Below, piece after piece: positions 1 to 9,330 of a DNA stretch of 64,000 nt. Source of the stretch: a virus; the IMG/VR virus record IMGVR_UViG_3300022552_000002, positions 45,974 to 109,973 of that record; one strand, written 5' to 3'. Position numbers and translations under genes: made by a program. A model generated the notes under the pieces. That model did no database searches. It was not told the origin of the DNA and saw only the letters and a list, made by a program, of their open reading frames with translations. Every line of letters begins with the position of its first letter. Positions within the stretch are counted from its first letter, which is position 1.

Positions 1-69
1 GTGAAGAAAGCAACTAAGACTATTTCTGGTACTAGAAAAGTATCATCTGGTCAGGTAGATCAAGGTTAG
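1..69 (+). CDS. Possible 3' end of a plus-strand gene truncated by the window edge
   Basis: Frame 1 is open from base 1 (VKKATKTISGTRKVSSGQVDQG) to TAG at 67-69, and this stop overlaps the stop of the convergent 66..560 ORF. Confidence 0.3.
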   Translation: MKKATKTISGTRKVSSGQVDQG

Positions 70-560
70 TCTGTTCTCGGATATCTCTTCACGCCAAATT
101 CATCGACTACGCAGACTTGTTTTCCTAGTGCCAAATATCTATCAATGGTAGAAAGCCATTGATATCCATTACTATCTTTTCTAGCGAAAATGAGTAGCGA
201 ACGTGTTTTCTCTGCCATTGAATCAAATTTTGTAAACTTTATTTCTTTCTCAGTGTATTTCTCCATTATTTTTCGATACGGTGTGGTTCCGATCTCAGTA
301 GTTACTCTGAATTTCCAGTTGGTAGCTTTCAATTGTTTCATGATTGATTTGAATATTTTTTGACCTTTATTTTCAGCTTCTAATCCATCTTTCAAAAGAA
401 GTGGTATTTGGTCTCCTGGTTTTACAGAATTAGGTTGACCACGATAATCAGAATCAATAATTATCATCATAGTGCGATTTGCTTCAGCACCACGCAGAAA
501 GATATCGTTGACGGAAGATTGTGGACTAGGTCGCATAAAACGAATTTGTTTCTTCTTCAT
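66..560 (-). CDS. Hypothetical protein, possibly a divergent SLOG/YspA-like (DUF2493-type) fold
   Basis: 164-aa ORF overlapping the endolysin stop. The C-terminal DSMAEKTRSLLIFARKDSNG...TIDRYLALGKQVCVV resembles the SLOG pattern 'M....d.liaf.dg.S.GT...i..a...gk.v.v'. Confidence 0.45.
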   Translation of the reverse strand: MKKKQIRFMRPSPQSSVNDIFLRGAEANRTMMIIIDSDYRGQPNSVKPGDQIPLLLKDGLEAENKGQKIFKSIMKQLKATNWKFRVTTEIGTTPYRKIMEKYTEKEIKFTKFDSMAEKTRSLLIFARKDSNGYQWLSTIDRYLALGKQVCVVDEFGVKRYPRTD

Positions 561-1054
561 TGTGTGACAAGCCCCTTACGATATCTTTTTTCACCAGAGA
601 GCTTGGAGAGAACTTGTTCTCTTAGACCACTAAGTTTTATGCTTACATGTACCCAACCACTATTAGGGCGTCCAGCTGTGTGGTATTCAAGAATCAATTG
701 ATCAAAGAAGATGTTGTTATCAATCCATTGAGCAAGTTTAAGATTTGAGACACCGTAGATTTCGATATCACCTGCTTCACCTTTTCGATGTTGACTTCTT
801 CTGCTACTGCCAGGTGTTGCATTATTTAGTTTAGGACCACGATATCCACTGTTGACGTGAACCGGTTTTTTGAAGTGGTCTCTAATTGGTTGAAGTACAT
901 TTTGGCAGAGTAGAGTGAGAGCTTCGATGACTTTGAAGCTTGTTGGTGTATTGTCGATACCAAGTCTTTGAGCAATAGAAGATCTTATCATTTCTCTGAG
1001 AGTAAAGTTTTTACTGAGTCTCATATCAAGATCGACCACGAATTTCTTTGCCAT
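557..1054 (-). CDS. Peptidase M15A-family endolysin (Zn D-Ala-D-Ala carboxypeptidase fold)
   Basis: Motifs LSKNFTLREM, VNSGYR, SQHRKGEAGDI (His and Asp Zn ligands), FDQLILEY and WVHVS. Confidence 0.9.
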   Translation of the reverse strand: MAKKFVVDLDMRLSKNFTLREMIRSSIAQRLGIDNTPTSFKVIEALTLLCQNVLQPIRDHFKKPVHVNSGYRGPKLNNATPGSSRRSQHRKGEAGDIEIYGVSNLKLAQWIDNNIFFDQLILEYHTAGRPNSGWVHVSIKLSGLREQVLSKLSGEKRYRKGLVTQ

Positions 1055-1057
1055 CTT

Positions 1058-1279
1058 TTACTCCTGTTCTAGAATAAGAAAACGATAGATTGTTTGGCAT
1101 CCACCGCAAATCATTCTAGCTTCTGCAAACAGAGGTTCATTCTCTGCTTTGTGAAGGTTAGTCATACTGAGTGTGCGACCACATTTGCATGTACCTATAG
1201 CAGAGAATTCACTTCGATCTTGAATGAGCCGAAGTGGTATAATTTTTTCTTCATCTGATTTTGGTTTGCTTTTCATCAT
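1058..1279 (-). CDS. Small Cys-rich putative zinc-ribbon protein
   Basis: 73 aa with CKCG...CGGC, overlapping the exonuclease stop. Confidence 0.6.
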   Translation of the reverse strand: MMKSKPKSDEEKIIPLRLIQDRSEFSAIGTCKCGRTLSMTNLHKAENEPLFAEARMICGGCQTIYRFLILEQE

Positions 1280-2196
1280 TCTCCTAATTCACATAACGTA
1301 GTCATATTGTTTTTATGTTCATAGATACTTCTAAATTCTAACGCCATCAAAAGATCGAGCAACTTTTTAGGTTTTTGTCTTGGTGTTTCTAGAGGTATTA
1401 ATTCTAAGTCTAATTTCAGTGTAATAATACCAAGAAACATTCTTGCTATTTCCATACCTTCTTCTAGTTTCTTTTTTACGTTTTCAGTTAGAGCCATTGT
1501 ATGGATTTCACTTTCAATTTCTTTCAGTGTTGGAGAATCAACTTGACTGAAGATGTCTGCTGCTGTTTGCGGACCAATGCCTTTGATGCCTGGAATATGG
1601 TCTGTAGAATCTCCCACAATTGCCAAGAAGTGAGGGTAAAATTTTGGGTGGAAGCCAAAACGCACTTTCTTGTATTCGTATTCTCTGATGAATTTTTTCT
1701 TGGTCCACCATCTGCTCTCTCCAGATCTTCGTTGGAGCACTCTCACCTTTTTCATGCGGAGCATTTGCAGGAAGTCATGATCGTTGGAGTAGATGACGAA
1801 CTGCTCCCATTCATTCTTGTGTTGCGCAATGTAGCTCGAGATCAAATCGTCCGCTTCTTCACCCTTCACTCGGTATTGTTCTATTCCAATTAGCTTCATT
1901 AACTTTCTACATGTTTTTAAGGAATTTTTTATGTCTTTATACTTCATCTTTGTATTGAGTTTTCTATTGGCTTTGTAATCTGGAAATATTTTCTTTTTTC
2001 TATCAGAACCACCATCCCAAAAAACTACAATTTTATCAAAAGTTTTTTCTTCGGTAATACTTATAAGTCCTTTCAAGAACCCAAAAGCCATTCCAGTGAA
2101 GACCACTTTTCCATTGAGCTTGGTGGTCAGAGTCTCATGAGAAAAGAGACTCCTGAATGCTAGAGCATTCCCATCAACAAGTACAACTCTATGCAT
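1276..2196 (-). CDS. 5'-3' exonuclease / flap endonuclease (Pol I N-terminal or T4 RNase H-like)
   Basis: Motifs VLVDGNALAFRS, PDYKANR, EADDLI, SNDHDFLQ and the helix-hairpin-helix GDSTDHIPGIKGIGPQTA. Confidence 0.93.
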   Translation of the reverse strand: MHRVVLVDGNALAFRSLFSHETLTTKLNGKVVFTGMAFGFLKGLISITEEKTFDKIVVFWDGGSDRKKKIFPDYKANRKLNTKMKYKDIKNSLKTCRKLMKLIGIEQYRVKGEEADDLISSYIAQHKNEWEQFVIYSNDHDFLQMLRMKKVRVLQRRSGESRWWTKKKFIREYEYKKVRFGFHPKFYPHFLAIVGDSTDHIPGIKGIGPQTAADIFSQVDSPTLKEIESEIHTMALTENVKKKLEEGMEIARMFLGIITLKLDLELIPLETPRQKPKKLLDLLMALEFRSIYEHKNNMTTLCELGE

Positions 2197-2273
2197 AATC
2201 TTTGCCTCTTTTTGACTTCAGGAACGTTTTTGTATAGTATGTTGTTTCACTACATATATACTACAAACCTACC

Positions 2274-2302
2274 TTGCGATGAGTTCTTTTTTCATATAGA
2301 AT
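2274..2302 (+). promoter_or_regulatory. Sigma70-like promoter for the packaging/morphogenesis operon
   Basis: TTGCGA-17 nt-TAGAAT, then RBS AGGAG (2311-2315) and ATG at 2324. A second candidate TTGACT-17-TAGTAT lies at 2212-2240 in the same divergent gap. Confidence 0.5.
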
Positions 2303-2323
2303 TTATTCATAGGAGTATTCCAA

Positions 2324-2827
2324 ATGTTCAAGAAACGACGCAACGCATTTCGCAAAAGACGAGCCGTTTATCTTCTAGTTGCATGTCAACTTGATGAGAA
2401 GACCGTTGCACGAGAATTAAGCGTCAAAGAGAGCACTGTTCGTAAGTGGATGAAACAACCTGACTTTGCTGCCGAACTTGAGAAGGCTATGCAAAGGATA
2501 GAAGGCATTGATGCAAAGTGGCGTGCAAAACAGAATAAAATTCTATCTGGCAGGTTATATGAAGAGGCACACAATAGAATAGCGAACACTCGTGAATTAA
2601 GAGATATTCCATTGACTACATTAATCAGCAAGATAAGAGAAGTGAACAATGAAATCAGAGTTGATACTCCTGGTGATGCTACATCTCGAGGCGAAATGAC
2701 ACACAAGCATGAGCTACAAGATGCTCTGCTTGAACGATACAAGGAAGCACAGAAGCAACAACCGCGTCTCAGTTTGGTTGAAATGCCATCTGGAGATGAA
2801 CCAAAGAAAGAGGGTACAAATGAGTGA
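2324..2827 (+). CDS. Terminase small subunit (N-terminal HTH)
   Basis: HTH-like EKTVARELSVKESTVRKWMKQPDF, strong RBS, and position just upstream of TerL. Confidence 0.7.
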   Translation: MFKKRRNAFRKRRAVYLLVACQLDEKTVARELSVKESTVRKWMKQPDFAAELEKAMQRIEGIDAKWRAKQNKILSGRLYEEAHNRIANTRELRDIPLTTLISKIREVNNEIRVDTPGDATSRGEMTHKHELQDALLERYKEAQKQQPRLSLVEMPSGDEPKKEGTNE

Positions 2828-3089
2828 CGAAGAAAAAAAAGAAGGCATCTCAACAAGGATCTTTAGCAGAAAGAAGAAAGAATCTCCTGAAGAAGAAAAA
2901 GCCAAGGTGATGGAAGAGCCAGAGGCCATGAAGCTCGAGGAGACGGCTCCTGAGCCACCGCCACCAGCAGTTTCCAAGGCACCAGCAAAGAAGTCAAAGC
3001 TCGCTGGTCATCCGGTTGCGCGCAGAAAGCATCGAACTGTGCTTTCTCAGAAGCCAAAAGAAGCACATAAATATCTGCAAACGAAGTAA
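2820..3089 (+). CDS. Hypothetical low-complexity K/E/P-rich protein
   Basis: ATG at 2820 follows AGAGGG and overlaps the TerS end. Product starts MSDEEKKEG. Confidence 0.6.
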   Translation: MSDEEKKEGISTRIFSRKKKESPEEEKAKVMEEPEAMKLEETAPEPPPPAVSKAPAKKSKLAGHPVARRKHRTVLSQKPKEAHKYLQTK

Positions 3090-3105
3090 CGGTTTTTGGT
3101 GCTTC

Positions 3106-5121
3106 ATGTTATCAATTAGTTCCGACATAAAAAATAGTATAGGATCTCACTTTGATGAAGTTGTTGAATCAAAGAAAAAAGAACTGAAAAAATCGAAGAG
3201 TAAAAAACTTAAATTAGTTGAAGAAAAACCTAAGCGCTTTCCACGACCAGTAAAACGCTTTCCCAAACCAGAAGGATGGACTCCACCTAGTTATCGAATA
3301 ATCGTCAAGAAAGAACTTGATGAGGAAACGATGAATAGGTGGATGTCTACTCCTCCGGGATGGCTTGCTGCATTAACTGAAGATGCAGAAGGTGATCCGA
3401 CTGAGTTTTATGATTATCAAAATGAACATTTGCTCGACCAATCAATTTTCAAAGGTGTAGATAAAGCCAGACAAACTGGTTTCAGTTATGGCAAAGCTGG
3501 AGAAGCTTTAGCTAAAAGCCATTTGAAGTTGGTTCAGACAACGATTTTTATTTCAAAAGACAAAGAAGAAGCAAATGAAAAAATTTACTTTGCAAAATAT
3601 CTATATTATTCAATGCCAACAGAGTATCAAAGAAAAATTGTTGTTGAAAACAAGCAATCATTAGAGTTCGAATACAAGAATAGACGCACAAGAATTCTTA
3701 GTTTTGCTCAACGTCAACCTCGTGGTAAAGGCAATAACACAGATATTCTTCTTGACGAGTTCGCTCATATGATATGGGCGAATGAAATTTATACAGCTGC
3801 CGTTCCTGTTATTACCAGAGGTTCAGGAACAATTACTGTTGGTTCTACTCCACTTGGTAAGGGAACACTTCATTATGAAATCATGAATAATAAGGAAGGT
3901 TTTCCCTATTATTCACGTATACAAATTCCTTGGTGGTATTGTCCAATTCTTTGTACCAACGTTGAAGATGCCAGAAAACTCGCTCCTTTCATGGAAACAA
4001 AGGAGCGAGTTGATATATTTGGTACGCAAAAATTGAAAATGATTTATAAATCAATGATTGATGAAGAAGATTTTCAACAGGAATATGAACTTCATACAGC
4101 TGATGAAAGTTATTCTTATTATCCATTAGACCTGATTCGTTCTTGTGCATTCGAAGATGAGAAGAGTCAGATACTCGAAAACAATATCGATCCAGATGAG
4201 ATTCCTGTAGGCTTCGCTCCAGTCAAAGGTGAGAGTGGTTTAGTGATGCCTGATACCATCATGAACCACTACAAGGATGAACATATCAATTGGTATTGCG
4301 ATACAAATTCATTCCATGATGAAAATACTATTATGGATGGCATTGAAGAAATGACAGATAAACTTCTGTTAGCAATGCAGATTGAAGGCTTTGGAAGAAA
4401 TCTTCTTCTTGGAATGGATATTGGACGAAAGAGAGATAGTTCAGAGATTAGCATACTTGAAGAACATGATTTAGATTTATATAACCTTCATATCGAAAGA
4501 ATGATGATAGAGCTGATTCACATACCATATAGAATCCAAAAAGAAGCAATCAGGCTACTGATTAAAAAACTTCCAATTGTCAAGGCCACTATCGATGGGA
4601 CAGAAGGTTCGCATGGTGCGGACATAGCTGAGACATTGACTTACGAATTTCCACAAGTTATTGAATCGATGAATTTTACTCCTGAATCAAAAGCACGTAT
4701 GGCTAAGAATTTCCGCTTCAGATTGGAAGACAGAACAGTTGCTTTGTTGAATGATTCTAAGTCGATAAAGCAAATTCACAGCATTAAAAAGATTGTCACT
4801 GAAGCATCAAATGTAAAATTTGGTGCTGAAAAATCCAAGAAACATCATGGTGATAAATTCTGGTCTAAAGCATTAGCTAGTATTGGTGGTAATGAATATG
4901 ATAGAAACAACATTATACAATCAGGAAAAATAATTGGTATTGGCGATAGCAGAAACTTTGCATCAAATTTGCATAATGGCGACTCAATCATTAGAATAGC
5001 TGACAATTCAATGACACCCAATATGCAATTAGTGAAAAGTAGAATCCACAAAGACGATTTGCTCAGCGAAAGAGACGCTTATCAAGGCGAATTCTTTGAC
5101 GCTGTTCCACATAAGTTCTAG
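3106..5121 (+). CDS. terL: Terminase large subunit (Mu gp28/Terminase_6-like)
   Basis: Walker A KARQTGFS, Walker B ILLDEFAH, motif III STPLG, RNase H-fold GMDIGRKRD and HHGDKFWS. Start placed at ATG 3106, after the upstream stop at 3089. Confidence 0.93.
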   Translation: MLSISSDIKNSIGSHFDEVVESKKKELKKSKSKKLKLVEEKPKRFPRPVKRFPKPEGWTPPSYRIIVKKELDEETMNRWMSTPPGWLAALTEDAEGDPTEFYDYQNEHLLDQSIFKGVDKARQTGFSYGKAGEALAKSHLKLVQTTIFISKDKEEANEKIYFAKYLYYSMPTEYQRKIVVENKQSLEFEYKNRRTRILSFAQRQPRGKGNNTDILLDEFAHMIWANEIYTAAVPVITRGSGTITVGSTPLGKGTLHYEIMNNKEGFPYYSRIQIPWWYCPILCTNVEDARKLAPFMETKERVDIFGTQKLKMIYKSMIDEEDFQQEYELHTADESYSYYPLDLIRSCAFEDEKSQILENNIDPDEIPVGFAPVKGESGLVMPDTIMNHYKDEHINWYCDTNSFHDENTIMDGIEEMTDKLLLAMQIEGFGRNLLLGMDIGRKRDSSEISILEEHDLDLYNLHIERMMIELIHIPYRIQKEAIRLLIKKLPIVKATIDGTEGSHGADIAETLTYEFPQVIESMNFTPESKARMAKNFRFRLEDRTVALLNDSKSIKQIHSIKKIVTEASNVKFGAEKSKKHHGDKFWSKALASIGGNEYDRNNIIQSGKIIGIGDSRNFASNLHNGDSIIRIADNSMTPNMQLVKSRIHKDDLLSERDAYQGEFFDAVPHKF

Positions 5122-5127
5122 AGGTTA

Positions 5128-6750
5128 GTGATGCAGCAAGCTCACGTTTTGAGAACGCCGTTCCCTAGCGAAACTGAGATAGCATCGCTTCCTCCGATTG
5201 CGAAAAATATTCTTGGAATGTTCGAAGGTCAGGTAGAAATGTCTGACTACAAAGAATTAGCAAATGGATTGGTTGATGCAAACAATGGTAGAGAACCAAA
5301 TTTTGGTGAAGCAAAAGTTAAATATCGTAACCCTGATTTATTAAGGACTGCGAAAAAAGAAGCAGGAATTGGTGAATATAATCCTGATAGAATACCAGTT
5401 TCTACTTATGAAAAAATGAGGTTAGATCCTCAAATTGCTCTTGCTACTGCACTCATAGAACTTCCTATTCTGGCTCAAAATTACAGAATCGAATGTGCCA
5501 ATCCGAAGATAGCTGCTGTTGTAGATGCTTGTCTTCGTCCTATTTACAAGAAACTTCTCAAATCAATGCTTCGCGCAGTTCAGTTTGGTTTTGCAACTGG
5601 TGAGAAAGTTTGGGAAAAAGTCAAATTAAGAATCGATCAAGAAGGCGATGATGGTAAGAATGCTACTATTTATAATCGTTATACTGTTGTTCTTAAAAAG
5701 GTTAAGTTTATTCATCCAAAATCAGTTAGAATTATTAGAGATGAAAAGTCGGAAGATATTGAGTATGTTACGCAAACCCAAGACTATTATGATTTTAAAG
5801 GAAAAAGAGTTCCGAAAGTCCATATCAAAGATATGGTTTGGTTTGCGTTAGACGATGAATATGGAAATTTCTTTGGAAGTGCTCGTTATAAAAACGTATA
5901 TCAAGCGTGGTACTGGTATCAAATAGTTGTTCAATTTATGCTGCGCTATCTTGAGCGTCGTGGCGCTCCAGCAGCAGTTGGTAAAGCACCATTTGGTTCT
6001 ACAACAAAAGCAGATGGTGAAAAGGTTTCAAATATTGATGTGATTTTGGAGGCAGCATACGCTCTTGTTTCAAATTCTGCTGTTGCCATCCCATCACAAT
6101 ATGATAAAAATGGTAACGAATTATGGAAACTCGAGCTTGTTGAAGACGAACAACGTGGCGAACTCTTTCTTGAAGTTCTTCGTTATTTCAATATCTTAAA
6201 GCTTCGTGGTCTCTTTGTTCCAGACAAGGTTGGGACAGCTGAAGGTGCGTCAACGAATGCTACTACTGAAGGGCACACTGACGTTCATCTTTTAGAAGAA
6301 GAGGCTTTAACTCAGTTCCTTGAGAGTTGTTTAAACACACAAGTTATTCCTGATATTGTTCAAAACAATTTCCCTCCAAGTAAAATAGTTCCTTGTACTA
6401 TCAAGATTGAAAGACTCAATCATAGCAAGCGCGCACTTATGAAGGACGTGCTAACTAGAATGCTTATGGTCTATTCAGGAGCCATGCGTGATGGTAATTG
6501 GCCAAATTGGTTGCCATCAGTGAAAGAGATTGCAAAATTCCTTGAGGTTCCTGGTTCTGAATCAACAACACAATTCTTGCCATTGAATATCAATGATGGT
6601 AATAATGATAATCCAGATGCATCATCTGATGATGATTCTTCAGATGATACGCCTTCAGATAAAAAAGATAAGATAGATAAAAACAACAAAGATGCGACTC
6701 CCCGGAAGGATCGTACTCGTCGTGATAGGCGTTCAAAAGAGCGCGCCTGA
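5128..6750 (+). CDS. Portal protein (Mu gp29/DUF935-like)
   Basis: Follows TerL. Motifs YEKMRLDPQI, AVQFGFATGEKVW, YLERRGAPAAVGK and LNTQVIPDIVQNNF, with an acidic then basic tail. Confidence 0.88.
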   Translation: MMQQAHVLRTPFPSETEIASLPPIAKNILGMFEGQVEMSDYKELANGLVDANNGREPNFGEAKVKYRNPDLLRTAKKEAGIGEYNPDRIPVSTYEKMRLDPQIALATALIELPILAQNYRIECANPKIAAVVDACLRPIYKKLLKSMLRAVQFGFATGEKVWEKVKLRIDQEGDDGKNATIYNRYTVVLKKVKFIHPKSVRIIRDEKSEDIEYVTQTQDYYDFKGKRVPKVHIKDMVWFALDDEYGNFFGSARYKNVYQAWYWYQIVVQFMLRYLERRGAPAAVGKAPFGSTTKADGEKVSNIDVILEAAYALVSNSAVAIPSQYDKNGNELWKLELVEDEQRGELFLEVLRYFNILKLRGLFVPDKVGTAEGASTNATTEGHTDVHLLEEEALTQFLESCLNTQVIPDIVQNNFPPSKIVPCTIKIERLNHSKRALMKDVLTRMLMVYSGAMRDGNWPNWLPSVKEIAKFLEVPGSESTTQFLPLNINDGNNDNPDASSDDDSSDDTPSDKKDKIDKNNKDATPRKDRTRRDRRSKERA

Positions 6751-6765
6751 ACATAGGAGTCCAAG

Positions 6766-8793
6766 ATGCAAACTAAGCTTGAAAAACGTATTCAAGACCT
6801 TCTTAAAGACCCAAAGTTCAGGCCAAATCAAAAGAAGAAAACACGCGAGATGTCTGCTTTGGCTATTTGCCAAGCGTCTCAGAATAAAAAGAAAAACTCT
6901 GAAGCAGACATTTTCTCTACTTTATATGATCTACCAGAGAGCATTGCTATTTCCATCAACGAAGATGGAATGATTGAACTTTCTGAAATCGAAGATATTG
7001 AAGATCAGGTTTTTGAAGAAACTAATGATGAATCTGGATACGATTTATTCTTTGATGAAAATGGCATGGAAGACGAAAGCATGAATGGGTTTTTGATCCT
7101 TAGTGAAATCAGTCTAACTGAAAAGAAAAAGAAGAAGAGCGAAGATAGCGACGATGATGACGATGATGACGATGATGATGATGATAGCTACAAAGCTGCT
7201 ATTTCTCAATTAGAACTTCTTCGTTCTGGTACTTGGGCACATCCATGGTATGGAAAAATTGTTTTTGATAAGAAATATTTCGTAAGTTGTATTCAGAATT
7301 TTGCCAATAATATCCTTCATCGCGACATCTCCTTTGATGCTCAACATATGCCATGGTTTGGCGCAGTCGCTTGGGTGACTAAGCTGAGCATGAGTTTGAG
7401 AAAATTCTTCGATGGCAAACGTCGTTGGGTGCTGAAAGCTGAAGCTGAGTTCACAGAAGATGGAGAGAAAATGATCCGCCAAAAGCGGTTCAAATATTTC
7501 TCTTCTGAAGTTCACGATAATTATCGCGAACAAGAGATGGGTAAAGACGAAGACGAAAATAAACTCAAAGAATACGGTCCCACTTTGATGGGGGGTGGCG
7601 TCACCAATCGCCCTTACATCTCGGGAATGTTGGCAGTACAGCTCAGTGAGGATGGTTTGGGTTTCAGGAGTGTCAAGCCCGTCACGAATGGTCCCCCAAC
7701 CAAAACCTTTACTGAAGTAGCAGTTGGTGACGAGGAGGTAAGCGAAGAAGAAATTGAAAAAATTGTTACCAAACTGGACGAAATTATAAAAGAAAAGAAA
7801 ATAGATCTAGCAGAGACAACAGCTCGACCGCCTGAAAGTACGCTTCCTGATACATCATTTGCCCTGATAAAAGAAGACAAGACAGGGAATGTGGTGAAGC
7901 GTGCGTTGTCTCACCACAAACCTGATGTCAAGTCAAATGCAGAGGACAGCTCTGTGGACATTAGGGCTCTCAGGAAGGCTTTGGCGCAGTGGAATCATGT
8001 CAAGGGGTTTACCCCTGCTGAAATCGTCAAGGCAAAGGAACACCTTCTAGCTCATGCTAGTGAGGTGTTGAAGTCCCAAGAGGCTGCGCCAGCAGCAAAA
8101 CCAGCAACACAAGAAGGAGTCGATAGCATGGACTTCGAGCAGATGATCAAAGATGTCCAGACGAAGCTCGACGCCTTGGACGACAAGGACTCCGAAATCG
8201 CCAAGGCATACTCCGAGCAGATTACCACCATCAAGGCTACCCAGCAAAAGGCAGAGGAAACTGCGAAAGAGTTCGCAGATGACCAGGGAAAGAAATTTGC
8301 TGAGCAGCAGAAGAAGATCGAAGAGCAGAACGAAGCTCTCGAGAACCAGAAGAAGAAGTTCGATGAGATGGAATCTCGTTGGGCTGTCGCAGATGAGGAG
8401 CGTCGTCAGGCGCAAATCAGTCTCTTCTGTGAGTCTCTTGAGAAAGAAGATCACCTTCCAGCGACTATCGAAGTCGTGAAGAGGTACATGTTTGCGGACG
8501 TGGGCAGCTTCACGATGGAGTTCAGTGAAGGCGAAGGCGAAGAGAAGAAGGAAGTCAAGGTTAACCTTGAAAAGATGTTCAAGGAAATCCTGGATTCCAT
8601 TCCGAAAGAGCGTCGCGCCAAGCTGAGTGAGAATCTGAGAGGCGAAGGTGATGACACTCCTGTTGTCGCCGCCAAGACAGAAGTCAATCTCTCGGATGAA
8701 GAGAAGCCGGTCAACATCGACGATCCCAAACGTCGTGCCCGTGCTCTTTCCAGAGCTGGCTACAAGGTGAAAGAAGCAGGCGACATTCAGTAA
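6766..8793 (+). CDS. Prohead protease/scaffold (Mu gpI-like) with a DUF6582-like middle domain
   Basis: LLRSGTWAHP, FDAQH, AVAWV, FKYFSSE and LMGGGVTNRPYISGM match the Mu I protease pattern. The C-terminal half is coiled coil. Poly-Asp tract near 7144-7187. Confidence 0.85.
   Translation: MQTKLEKRIQDLLKDPKFRPNQKKKTREMSALAICQASQNKKKNSEADIFSTLYDLPESIAISINEDGMIELSEIEDIEDQVFEETNDESGYDLFFDENGMEDESMNGFLILSEISLTEKKKKKSEDSDDDDDDDDDDDDSYKAAISQLELLRSGTWAHPWYGKIVFDKKYFVSCIQNFANNILHRDISFDAQHMPWFGAVAWVTKLSMSLRKFFDGKRRWVLKAEAEFTEDGEKMIRQKRFKYFSSEVHDNYREQEMGKDEDENKLKEYGPTLMGGGVTNRPYISGMLAVQLSEDGLGFRSVKPVTNGPPTKTFTEVAVGDEEVSEEEIEKIVTKLDEIIKEKKIDLAETTARPPESTLPDTSFALIKEDKTGNVVKRALSHHKPDVKSNAEDSSVDIRALRKALAQWNHVKGFTPAEIVKAKEHLLAHASEVLKSQEAAPAAKPATQEGVDSMDFEQMIKDVQTKLDALDDKDSEIAKAYSEQITTIKATQQKAEETAKEFADDQGKKFAEQQKKIEEQNEALENQKKKFDEMESRWAVADEERRQAQISLFCESLEKEDHLPATIEVVKRYMFADVGSFTMEFSEGEGEEKKEVKVNLEKMFKEILDSIPKERRAKLSENLRGEGDDTPVVAAKTEVNLSDEEKPVNIDDPKRRARALSRAGYKVKEAGDIQ
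8128..8793 (+). CDS. Internally initiated scaffolding protein (in frame with the protease)
   Basis: AAGGAG lies 8 nt before an in-frame ATG at 8128 (MDFEQMIKD). Codon usage shifts to the GC-richer style of the capsid gene from about here. Confidence 0.7.
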   Translation: MDFEQMIKDVQTKLDALDDKDSEIAKAYSEQITTIKATQQKAEETAKEFADDQGKKFAEQQKKIEEQNEALENQKKKFDEMESRWAVADEERRQAQISLFCESLEKEDHLPATIEVVKRYMFADVGSFTMEFSEGEGEEKKEVKVNLEKMFKEILDSIPKERRAKLSENLRGEGDDTPVVAAKTEVNLSDEEKPVNIDDPKRRARALSRAGYKVKEAGDIQ

Positions 8794-8858
8794 GTAGGAG
8801 ACCTGGCTTATTGAGTGTTTTCTGTTGAAGAGAAGAAAAAGAAACTCGGAGGAACGAG

Positions 8859-9272
8859 ATGAGTGACCAGATTGGATACCACGGGTACGATGGCACGGGT
8901 CTCAGTGAGGAGATCCTTGCTTCGAAAGAAAACCTCGTCGAGCAGTCTGTGACTATCGACGCTTCCTGTCGTGACACTCAGCACGATGTTACGACAGATC
9001 TTCGTCGTGGTTTGGTTCTGTGGCCTGACCCGACAGTGGCAGATCGCTACACGCAGTTCGATGCTGCTGCCAAGACAGCCCTCGCTGGTGCTGAAGCTGT
9101 GGTTCTCGCTGTGCCGCTGGACATCAGTGGTAGTGTGGATCTTGTGGCAAAGGTCTACTACGGTGGTGTCTTCAAGCCAGACAAGCTGGTGGATGACAGC
9201 GGTTATGGCCTGACCCACTTCGATGCAACCGAGCGTGCTAAGGCACAGCGCATCATCATCAAGAATGAGTAG
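8859..9272 (+). CDS. Head decoration protein
   Basis: 137 aa between scaffold and MCP, with a GGAGG RBS. VTIDA...LRRGLVL...VVLA...YYGGVFKPDKL is a gpD-like pattern. Confidence 0.7.
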   Translation: MSDQIGYHGYDGTGLSEEILASKENLVEQSVTIDASCRDTQHDVTTDLRRGLVLWPDPTVADRYTQFDAAAKTALAGAEAVVLAVPLDISGSVDLVAKVYYGGVFKPDKLVDDSGYGLTHFDATERAKAQRIIIKNE

Positions 9273-9330
9273 TGTGGTTTGGAGGAGACACACTCTTTCT
9301 TGAAAGGAAAGTTCTGAAAAGGAGTAAGAA

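Noticed and set aside
3016-3105. ORF-track N-terminal extension of TerL (similarly the 2709 and 60145 starts)
   Set aside because: These overlap upstream genes extensively. The downstream ATGs at 3106, 2820 and 60184 fit the operon packing better.
7144-7187. GAY trinucleotide run
   Set aside because: It is a simple poly-Asp linker in the protease with mixed GAT/GAC codons and shows no sign of phase variation.
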